DNA of 32,000 nt from an uncultured archaeon. Its GTDB lineage: Archaea; Iainarchaeota; Iainarchaeia; Iainarchaeales; 0-14-0-20-30-16. Every line of letters starts with the position of its first letter. The stretch's first letter is position 1. The notes beneath the pieces are model-generated. The model was not told the DNA's origin, did not search any database, and worked only from the letters and a program-made list of their open reading frames with translations. The stretch covers positions 17,620-49,619 of the forward strand of contig CAZMGA010000001.1 of assembly GCA_964565725.1 (NCBI GenBank). The letters are read 5' to 3'. A program made the position numbers and the translations under genes. Of the stretch, positions 7,817 through 14,800 are shown one piece after another.

Positions 7817-8800
7817 ATGAATTCTAAAAATAAAACAATTATATCCTGTATAATTCCAGCATATAATGAAGAAAAGAACATAGAAAATGTATTAAAAGTA
7901 ATTACCACTTATAAAAAATTTGATGAAATCATTATTATGGATGATTGTTCAAAAGACAATACAAAACTAGTTTGTGAAAAATTTGCTAAAAAAGATTCTA
8001 GAATTACAGTAATTACTAATAAAAAAAATTTGGGAAAAACTCATAATGTAATTAAAGGGATTGAAAAAAGCTTGGGAAAAATAATTGTTTTGATTGATGC
8101 CGATTTAATAAATTTAACTAAAAAAAATATAACTTCACTAATAACGCCGGTAATTACCAACAAATATGATTTAACTATTTTAGATAGAGCTGGCGATAGA
8201 ACTCCAATGTGGGGTTGGACTAATTGTGCCAGATTTGAAGGTGGCGAAAGAGCTTTTTTTAAAAAAGATTTCTTAAAAATAGACTTTAAAGACGCCCCCG
8301 GATATTTATTAGAAATAGTAATGAATGTACATTACATGAATCAAAAAAAGAGAATTTTAACAATTTATTGTAAAAATTTAGATACTGTGCACCAATATGA
8401 TAAAATTAACAAAATAGAAGGATATAAAAATTATATTAAAATGAGTAAAAATATATTAAAAAAGGCTGGATTATTAAAATATTTAGAACAGATAATCAAA
8501 ATAGAAGAAGATAGGCTTAAAAAAATTTATAAAATATCTAATAAAAAGTATTATAATATTGTAGGAATACCATCAGTAATTACTCTTGGTTTTTTATTAG
8601 GATTATACACTTTTGTTGAATTAAACATAATTAAACAAAAAAATAATTTAAGTAAACATAACAAAAAGAGTAATTCCAGTAATTACCGTTATTACTATCA
8701 AAAAATTAATGAAATGTATTTAAAATTGTTAAAAATTAAACAAATACCCAAAATAATTAAAAACACAAGTATTAGGACGTTAAACAAATTTAAAAAATAA
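7817..8800 (+). CDS. Family 2 glycosyltransferase (dolichyl-phosphate sugar synthase-like) with a C-terminal TM helix and basic tail
   Basis: IISCIIPAYNEEKNIENVL...IIIMDDCSKDNT...VLIDADL GT-A/GT2 motifs. Hydrophobic IVGIPSVITLGFLLGLYTFV near the C-terminus. Confidence 0.8.
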   Translation: MNSKNKTIISCIIPAYNEEKNIENVLKVITTYKKFDEIIIMDDCSKDNTKLVCEKFAKKDSRITVITNKKNLGKTHNVIKGIEKSLGKIIVLIDADLINLTKKNITSLITPVITNKYDLTILDRAGDRTPMWGWTNCARFEGGERAFFKKDFLKIDFKDAPGYLLEIVMNVHYMNQKKRILTIYCKNLDTVHQYDKINKIEGYKNYIKMSKNILKKAGLLKYLEQIIKIEEDRLKKIYKISNKKYYNIVGIPSVITLGFLLGLYTFVELNIIKQKNNLSKHNKKSNSSNYRYYYQKINEMYLKLLKIKQIPKIIKNTSIRTLNKFKK

Positions 8801-8810
8801 AGTGTAGATT

Positions 8811-9758
8811 ATGAAAAACAGCATTAATAAAATTAAATTGGGCGAATTAAGTTTGAAAAATAACTTATTTTTGGCCCCTATGTTAGGTTTTACTAATTTT
8901 GCTTTTAGAGAACTTATTCAAAAAACTTCTAATATTTCAACAATTACAGAAATGATCCCTATAAATGCATTAAGTAAAGACTGTAATTACTGTAAAGACT
9001 TAATAATTAGAGGTAATTACGAAAAAAACCTAGGATACCAATTTTTTGGTAATGACGAAAATAAATTTGTTAAAAGTATAGAAAATTTGGAAAAAATGGA
9101 TATTAAAATAGATTATATTAACTTAAATTGTGGTTGTCCTGCTACAGATATTATAAAACAAGGGGCTGGTAGTGCTTTATTAAATAGAGAATCAAAAATA
9201 AAAAATATTATTGAAAAAACAAAAGAATGTTTTGATTATCCTTTTACTATAAAAATAAGAACAGGTTATGATTATGAAAAACATTTAAACTATAAAGAAT
9301 TGGAGGGCTCTGGTTTGGATGCAATTTTTTTACATGGAAGAACTAAAAAACAACAATATTCTGGAGAAATAAATTTGGAATATATAAAAGAGGTTAAAGA
9401 AAAAACAAATATTCCTATTATTGCAAACGGAGATATAAGAAATATAGAAGATATAAATAGAATCTATGAATATACTAAATGCGATGGTTTTATGATTGGT
9501 AGAAAGGCATTATTTAATCCATTTATTTTTGAAGAAATTTTATATAAAAACAAAAAAAAGTTTGAAGACAAAATATTTTTTTTAGAAGAATATTACAAAT
9601 TATTAGAATTTAAAGATGTAAAAACAAAATTTAAAGATGTAAAAAATTTGAGTTTATTTTTTGCGAGAAATATAGATAATATTGCAGAAGTTAGAAAAAA
9701 TTTGGCAAAATCTCAAAGATTTGATGAAATCATAGGAATACTTAAAAAGGTTTGTTAA
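8811..9758 (+). CDS. tRNA-dihydrouridine synthase (Dus family)
   Basis: LAPMLGFTNFAFREL, NLNCGCP (catalytic Cys loop), IKIRTG, LHGRTKKQQYSG and IANGDI match the Dus TIM-barrel signature. Confidence 0.85.
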   Translation: MKNSINKIKLGELSLKNNLFLAPMLGFTNFAFRELIQKTSNISTITEMIPINALSKDCNYCKDLIIRGNYEKNLGYQFFGNDENKFVKSIENLEKMDIKIDYINLNCGCPATDIIKQGAGSALLNRESKIKNIIEKTKECFDYPFTIKIRTGYDYEKHLNYKELEGSGLDAIFLHGRTKKQQYSGEINLEYIKEVKEKTNIPIIANGDIRNIEDINRIYEYTKCDGFMIGRKALFNPFIFEEILYKNKKKFEDKIFFLEEYYKLLEFKDVKTKFKDVKNLSLFFARNIDNIAEVRKNLAKSQRFDEIIGILKKVC

Positions 9759-9759
9759 T

Positions 9760-10215
9760 TTGATATATGTAAATACAGTAATTACTAGTGATTATATGGG
9801 TTTATTAGATAAAATAAAAAACATTTTTAAAAAAAAAGAAAGTTATGAAAAAATAAATAATAATGTTTCTGAAATAAATATAAAAGAAGAATCTTTTGCT
9901 GTTGTAGAAAAAGATAAATATAATTATACTAATTTGTGGGATTATATTAAACCAAAGGAAAATACCCAAGCCGAACACATTTTAACAGTTGTAATTATTG
10001 AAGATTGGTTAGATATGGATCAAATTAGAAAAAAAATTAAAGATATATTTTTTATAGAATACAAACACGAAAAAAGTTTGTATCCCTACATTAAAACATT
10101 AGTAGATATTGGTTTATTAGAAACTAGTTCTGTTGGTGGAAAAAGAAAATGGAAAAAAAAAGATTTTATAATAAATAATAAATTTAAAGAAGAATATATT
10201 AAAATAACTAATTGA
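9760..10215 (+). CDS. Hypothetical protein with a C-terminal winged-helix (PadR-like) region
   Basis: HILTVVIIEDWLDMDQIRKKIKDIF...KSLYPYIKTLVDIGLLETSSVGGKRKWKK resembles the PadR wHTH pattern. The track start is TTG (9760). ATG at 9796 (MGLLDKIKN...) is an alternative. Confidence 0.45.
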   Translation: MIYVNTVITSDYMGLLDKIKNIFKKKESYEKINNNVSEINIKEESFAVVEKDKYNYTNLWDYIKPKENTQAEHILTVVIIEDWLDMDQIRKKIKDIFFIEYKHEKSLYPYIKTLVDIGLLETSSVGGKRKWKKKDFIINNKFKEEYIKITN

Positions 10216-10227
10216 TTATACTTTAAT

Positions 10228-10821
10228 TTAATTTGAATATTTTAATTTGAATTCTTTTGTTAAAGAATCTAATTTTTGCATTATTTGTGTTTTTTCGTTA
10301 ATTTCATTATACCATTCTAAAGAAAATATTTTTTTAATTTCTAAAAATAATGTATTTTTTAGAGGTATTGATATTATTTTATTTTCGTTTAAATTATCCT
10401 CTAATAAATTTAAGATTCTTTTTGTATTTCCATCGTCATCAACAATAAAGGTATTTGTGATTACTCTATCTATAGCTTTTTTTGCTTGTTGTTCTGAAAC
10501 ATCTATATCATATAATGTATATGTTGCAGACCAATTTCCTTTCTCATACCATTTGTGTGTGGGATTTTCGCCAGTTTTAAAAAAATCTAATAAATTAGTT
10601 AAAGAATCTTTAGGAACTATAACTTCATTTTTTCCTTTTTTAATATATGTTGTTTTAGATAATATTCCTGGTCTATGATAAATATATATTTTGCCATTTG
10701 ATTTGGTTACATTTTGAGTATAACCATAAATAGCCCTAAATATTTTTTGATAATTATAATCAGAATGATTATAATCAGCATTCATTTTAACTTTATATTT
10801 TACCATATACGCTTTAGTCAT
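10228..10821 (-). CDS. Hypothetical protein (orphan, 197 aa)
   Basis: ATG start and complex, non-repetitive composition. The opposite-strand ORF 10247..10678 is F/S/L/I-rich shadow sequence. No motif recognised. The N-terminal ~85 aa has a beta-alpha-beta-beta-alpha pattern. Confidence 0.55.
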   Translation of the reverse strand: MTKAYMVKYKVKMNADYNHSDYNYQKIFRAIYGYTQNVTKSNGKIYIYHRPGILSKTTYIKKGKNEVIVPKDSLTNLLDFFKTGENPTHKWYEKGNWSATYTLYDIDVSEQQAKKAIDRVITNTFIVDDDGNTKRILNLLEDNLNENKIISIPLKNTLFLEIKKIFSLEWYNEINEKTQIMQKLDSLTKEFKLKYSN

Positions 10822-10870
10822 AATAATCTAATTAAAAAACAATCTAAAAATATATAAATGTATTTATTAA

Positions 10871-10897
10871 AATACTACACCCCATACTTCTAGTATT
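10871..10897 (-). promoter_or_regulatory. Conserved upstream motif, copy 1 (upstream of the 197-aa orphan gene)
   Basis: The minus strand reads AATACTAGAAGTATGGGGTGTAGTATT, 49 nt upstream of the ATG at 10821 and just upstream of a TTTATATATTT TATA-like box. Near-identical to copy 2. Also internally palindromic (AATACTA...TAGTATT). Confidence 0.5.
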
Positions 10898-10965
10898 AAA
10901 TATATAATATTTTTTTTATTTATGTATAAATAATAAATATAAAAAAAGAATAATAAAATATAGTT

Positions 10966-11280
10966 TTATCTATATTTTACTAATGATCCAGAACTTACTT
11001 TTTTAGGTTCTTCTTTATGTGTTTGTATTTTTGTTTCTCCTCTAACAGGTCTAGGTGAAACTATAATAATATCTTTAACAGCTATAACTGTTTTATAAGG
11101 TATACTTTTATCGCTAATTATTTTTTTAGCTTCTTGTTTTGTTTTTACTTTTAAAGGAGCTGTTGTAATAGTTTCTAAAACACCACTTTCTAAATTAACA
11201 ACTATATCATAAACCTTACCTTTATAATCTCCATTTTGAGTAAATATATCTCTACCGAACAATTCAGATAATCTCATCAT
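10966..11280 (-). CDS. PRC-barrel domain protein (CdpB-like)
   Basis: LSELFGRDIFTQNGDYKGKVYDIVVNLESGVLETI is a typical PRC-barrel N-terminal pattern. GGAGGG ribosome-binding site 6 nt upstream of the ATG at 11280. The track start at 11283 is TTG. Confidence 0.75.
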   Translation of the reverse strand: MMRLSELFGRDIFTQNGDYKGKVYDIVVNLESGVLETITTAPLKVKTKQEAKKIISDKSIPYKTVIAVKDIIIVSPRPVRGETKIQTHKEEPKKVSSGSLVKYR

Positions 11281-11410
11281 CAATATCCCTCCAATAAATA
11301 TAATGTTCTTTATTATAATAAATCATTCCTTTTTATATATGTTTGCTTTTAAAATATACATTTTTAACCATTTTTTTTAAAATAATTAATTTAAAATAAA
11401 AAAAATAAAT

Positions 11411-11438
11411 AATACTAGAACTATAGGGGTTATAGGGT
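11411..11438 (+). promoter_or_regulatory. Conserved upstream motif, copy 2 (upstream of the second PRC-barrel gene)
   Basis: AATACTAGAACTATAGGGGTTATAGGGT lies 83 nt upstream of the ATG at 11522. It shares AATACTAGAA-TAT-GGGGT with copy 1 in the same orientation relative to the downstream gene. Contains a TATAGGG direct repeat (11422-11428, 11431-11437). Confidence 0.5.
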
Positions 11439-11521
11439 AAAAACATAAGATACCTTTAAATACCTTATCGTTTTGTATATCTATAATTATATTTTATGTT
11501 TTACGGGAGACAGGTGATTAT

Positions 11522-11806
11522 ATGTATAAATATTCTATAGCAAAACAATTAGCATCTAAGAGGGTAATCACCAACAGAGGTGACGAAGTAGGAAAAGTTA
11601 TAGATATCATCATTGATGAATTATCTGGTAATTTGGAATATTTGTTGGTAGAAGCTGATTTAGATTCAAAAGTTACAAAAACTTTGAATATAGACATGAA
11701 AAACAGAATGATTAAAGTGCCTTATTCAGCAGTTTCCGCTGTTAGTGATGTTTTCATTGTTGATGAAAAACAAATAGTTGTAGACAACGAAGACGAAGTT
11801 ATGTAA
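11522..11806 (+). CDS. PRC-barrel domain protein (CdpB-like)
   Basis: LASKRVITNRGDEVGKVIDIIIDELSGNLEYLLVE is a PRC-barrel pattern. GGTGAT ribosome-binding site 3 nt upstream of the ATG. Confidence 0.75.
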   Translation: MYKYSIAKQLASKRVITNRGDEVGKVIDIIIDELSGNLEYLLVEADLDSKVTKTLNIDMKNRMIKVPYSAVSAVSDVFIVDEKQIVVDNEDEVM

Positions 11807-12902
11807 ATGAGAAAACAAATTTTTGTTTTCTTTTATCTATTTTTTTTAAAATAAGTTTTTTATTATTTATTATAAATTCTTTATCAATCTCTAAATTTTT
11901 TAATAATTTTTTTTGTATATTTTCTAAAGCGTCATAGTTAGAATAAATGAAATCACCTTTTTCTTTTATAATTTCCATTTCTTTTATAATTTTTTCTTTT
12001 GCCATTTTTTGTTTTTTCAAAATATTTTCAATATTATTTTTTTCTTTGTTTTTAACTTTTAAATTTTCATTTTGATCTGCAAACAAAATATTTTTCAAAA
12101 TATATTTTTCTATAAAATTATTATATTCACAGTCAATTTTATTTAAAAATTCAAAATCTAAATTAAAAATATTTATTTTGTTATTGTTTTCAAAATAAGT
12201 TAACCTAAATTTTTTGTTTATATATTTTTCTTTAAAATAATTAATTACGTCTTGAAAATTTTCATAAGTGTAATTGTCTTTATTTATATTTTTATATTCT
12301 AAATATTTTTCCACTAATTTTGGATTCAAACTAGTATTTAAAGTAATATTTGAAACCAAATTTTTGTCTAAATTTATATCTTCTTTTTTAGAATTATATT
12401 CTAAAATATTTTTAAAATTATTTTTTGGCAAAACATATATTTCATTTTTACTAATTTTTCTTTCTTTCCATTCTTCTTTTAATAAATATAAAATTATTTT
12501 ATTGTTTTTATCTGTTAATATTATATTATTGTTTGAAAAAAATTCACAATATAAATTATAATCTAAAAATTCAAATAATAATATTTTTTCTAAATTTATT
12601 TGTTTTATATTCATAATTTTTTTATTTTCTAAAATATTGTTTAATTGCAGCGCAAATCCTTTATTTTGAGGTTTTGCCTCTGTTTTTAAATTAGAAATTA
12701 TTGCAAACCCCAATCCCAAAAGTAATTCCTTATTATTTTCTTTCCTAATTTTTATTTTTAATATTTTTTCATTGGTATTAAGCAATTGTATTTTTTGAAT
12801 GTATCCATTTAATAATTCTTTGTTAAATAAATCTTCTAAATATAAAAAATTACTATTATTAAATTCTATATTTTTCCATTCTAAACTATTCATATTAAAC
12901 AT
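11799..12902 (-). CDS. NFACT-N domain protein: N-terminal half of a NEMF/Rqc2/RqcH-type ribosome quality-control factor
   Basis: LLNGYIQKIQ...ILKIKIRK...KELLLGL...PQNKGFALQLNNIL...INLEKILLFEF...LYCEFFSNNNIILTD matches the NFACT-N pattern, followed by an HhH-like segment and one long K/E-rich helix. The ATG at 12893 forms an ATGA overlap with the HAD stop. The ATG at 12902 is also possible. Confidence 0.75.
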   Translation of the reverse strand: MFNMNSLEWKNIEFNNSNFLYLEDLFNKELLNGYIQKIQLLNTNEKILKIKIRKENNKELLLGLGFAIISNLKTEAKPQNKGFALQLNNILENKKIMNIKQINLEKILLFEFLDYNLYCEFFSNNNIILTDKNNKIILYLLKEEWKERKISKNEIYVLPKNNFKNILEYNSKKEDINLDKNLVSNITLNTSLNPKLVEKYLEYKNINKDNYTYENFQDVINYFKEKYINKKFRLTYFENNNKINIFNLDFEFLNKIDCEYNNFIEKYILKNILFADQNENLKVKNKEKNNIENILKKQKMAKEKIIKEMEIIKEKGDFIYSNYDALENIQKKLLKNLEIDKEFIINNKKLILKKIDKRKQKFVFSFT

Positions 12903-13546
12903 TTTAAATCACTAATTTTTTTAATTATTAAATCTGGATTATATTTTAATAATTCCTTTTTATTGTATAAAAAATCTATTTTTGCAATAGTATAAACCTT
13001 TGCGTTTTTTCCAAAAATGATGTCTTTAATATTATCTCCAATATAAACAATATTTTTGTTTTTTAAATCATACTTTTTAATAATATATTTTAAAGTTTTA
13101 GGGTTTGGTTTTGAAGTTTTTATTACGCCCGATGTTATTATTATATCAAACATTTTTTTTTCATTTCTTAAACTTAATAACACCGCTTTCTTTTTTGAGC
13201 TAGTAATTATTCCTAATTTATATTTTTCTTTTAATTTGTATAATATATTTTTTGTTTCTTCTTCAAAAACAATATTTTTCTTTAAATAATTATAATATTT
13301 TTTTTCAAATAAATTATTTAAAATTAAAATTTCTTTTTCTTTTAATTTTGGATTCAACAACTTAATAACTTTTTTGGAGGGTGGTCCAAATTCTTTAATT
13401 ATCTTTTTATCATCTGTTTTTGGAAAAATAGATTTAAAAGCTTTTAATATAATTTCATTAGATTTAATTAAAGTTCCATCCAAATCAAAAATTAAAAATT
13501 TAACATTCTTTTTAATATTTTTTAAATTAGTATCTAAGAATTGCAC
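12890..13546 (-). CDS. HAD-superfamily phosphatase (phosphoglycolate phosphatase-like)
   Basis: FLIFDLDGTL (motif I), IITSS (motif II) and VYIGDNIKD (motif IV). The track start (13609) is a TTG deep inside aRF1. GTG at 13546, preceded by GGTGGT, gives a normal N-terminus and a 20-nt overlap with aRF1. Confidence 0.75.
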   Translation of the reverse strand: MQFLDTNLKNIKKNVKFLIFDLDGTLIKSNEIILKAFKSIFPKTDDKKIIKEFGPPSKKVIKLLNPKLKEKEILILNNLFEKKYYNYLKKNIVFEEETKNILYKLKEKYKLGIITSSKKKAVLLSLRNEKKMFDIIITSGVIKTSKPNPKTLKYIIKKYDLKNKNIVYIGDNIKDIIFGKNAKVYTIAKIDFLYNKKELLKYNPDLIIKKISDLKCLI

Positions 13547-14729
13547 CAATACCACCAAATGCGTTAATAAATTGTACGGATTCACTAGAATTTTTAGAAA
13601 TAAATACAATTTTGGTATTATATTTTTTCGCTAATTCATAAAAATATTCGCCTACATCTATTTTTTCTATTTCACAAATTTTGTCCGAACCACAGTTAGG
13701 ACATTTTAAAGTATTGGTTTCTTTTGTAAAAACAGTATTACAGGCCTCACATTCAAATTCACTCATGTCAAATTCTAAATCTTCATATAATATAATTTTG
13801 TCTACCCGTCCTTCTTTAACTGCAGAAATAACTTCATTTATACCGTATGTAGCTAAATTTGTTTTTACAACTTTTTCAAAAAAATTAAAAATTTCTTGTT
13901 TTTCAATAACTAATTCACTTTCTTTTAATATATCTTCAGATAGCTCTATAATTTCTTTAATTCCTGACTCATCTGTATAAGTATTATCTACAAAACCCAA
14001 AATTTTGTTTTTTACCCTGTAATCCATTTCAGCAATTTCTATTGCTTTTCTTTTTGTATTTCCTGGTCCTCCAAGAATGATTCCTTGTAATTTGTTTTCT
14101 TCAATAAAAGGCAGATATACTTCAGTCATTTTTGTAGAAATTCTATTATAAAAGTCTTGTGCGGCTTCATCTCTTAAATGTTCAAATCTATGAGCTGATT
14201 GACCCCCCGCCTTTATTTTTCCAGGAACTGTTGAGTTTAAATTCAAAACAATTTTATATATTTTACCAGTTAAATAAGCAATAGTGGCTTCTCTATTATC
14301 TATTGCTACAATACCATATACTTTATTTGGTATTAACATTTCTTTTAAAGGATCTAAGTAAAAACTTGAATCACACCTATATAATTTTACATTCAAGGAT
14401 TTAACAGGAATTATATGATGTAATTGTATATCTGCTTTTCCATCTTGTTCAGAAACATTTCCACAAAATAATACCAAACCTGTTTCAGGAATTGAAAAAT
14501 CGGTAACTTTTAAGTATTGAATTATTTTTCTTAATGCTCCTTGAACATTTTTTCTAGTTGTGGCACTTTTTATATTTGATGATTGACTAACTTCATTTAC
14601 CAATTGATTCATTACTGAGCTTCTATCAGTATTGAAAGGAATATATAAGGATATTAATTCCGTATGCTTTCCTTTAAATTTATCTAACAATTTTAATTTT
14701 TTTTTAAAAATTTCAAAATTTACTTCCAT
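13527..14729 (-). CDS. prf1: Archaeal peptide chain release factor aRF1
   Basis: NIKS (SSNIKSATTRK) and GGQ (KAGGQSAHRFE) motifs. C-terminal FGGIGAILRY. CxxC...CxxC insert in domain 3. ATG at 14729 (MEVNFEIFKKK...) is preferred over the TTG at 14744. Confidence 0.93.
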   Translation of the reverse strand: MEVNFEIFKKKLKLLDKFKGKHTELISLYIPFNTDRSSVMNQLVNEVSQSSNIKSATTRKNVQGALRKIIQYLKVTDFSIPETGLVLFCGNVSEQDGKADIQLHHIIPVKSLNVKLYRCDSSFYLDPLKEMLIPNKVYGIVAIDNREATIAYLTGKIYKIVLNLNSTVPGKIKAGGQSAHRFEHLRDEAAQDFYNRISTKMTEVYLPFIEENKLQGIILGGPGNTKRKAIEIAEMDYRVKNKILGFVDNTYTDESGIKEIIELSEDILKESELVIEKQEIFNFFEKVVKTNLATYGINEVISAVKEGRVDKIILYEDLEFDMSEFECEACNTVFTKETNTLKCPNCGSDKICEIEKIDVGEYFYELAKKYNTKIVFISKNSSESVQFINAFGGIGAILRY

Positions 14730-14800
14730 TATATCAACCAACAAATAGTAATAACAAATATTATATATTTAGAGCAATTATCTTTTTAATCTTACCTATT

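Noticed and set aside
10247-10678. A 143-aa plus-strand ORF opposite the 197-aa orphan gene. I asked which strand is the real gene.
   Set aside because: The plus-strand product is F/S/L/I/C-rich, low-information sequence. The minus-strand product has balanced composition, an ATG start and an upstream TATA-like box and motif.
11303-11380. A 25-codon hydrophobic mini-ORF (MFFIIINHSFLYMFAFKIYIFNHFF) in the long PRC-barrel spacer.
   Set aside because: It has no ribosome-binding site and its composition is what random AT-rich sequence yields. There is no supporting evidence.
10871-11438. The inverted motif copies bracketing the PRC-barrel gene, read as terminal inverted repeats of a small mobile cassette.
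   Set aside because: There is no transposase or integrase, I could see no flanking target-site duplication, and similarity is confined to ~20 nt. Each copy sits at a promoter-proximal position for an outward-facing gene, so a shared regulatory site fits better. Not fully excluded.
13514-13609. The HAD phosphatase start. The track start (TTG 13609) lies 83 nt inside aRF1, and I first considered a non-canonical ATT start at 13516.
   Set aside because: An in-frame GTG at 13546, preceded by GGTGGT at normal spacing, gives a conventional N-terminus before FDLDGTL. No exotic initiation is needed. The long N-terminal extension reads like out-of-frame aRF1 sequence.
13679-13760. A CxxC…CxxC zinc-ribbon-like insert (FECEACNTVFTKETNTLKCPNCGS) in domain 3 of aRF1.
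   Set aside because: To my recollection, comparable Cys-pair inserts occur at this position in other archaeal aRF1 sequences, corresponding to the eRF1 mini-domain. I therefore did not treat it as novel.
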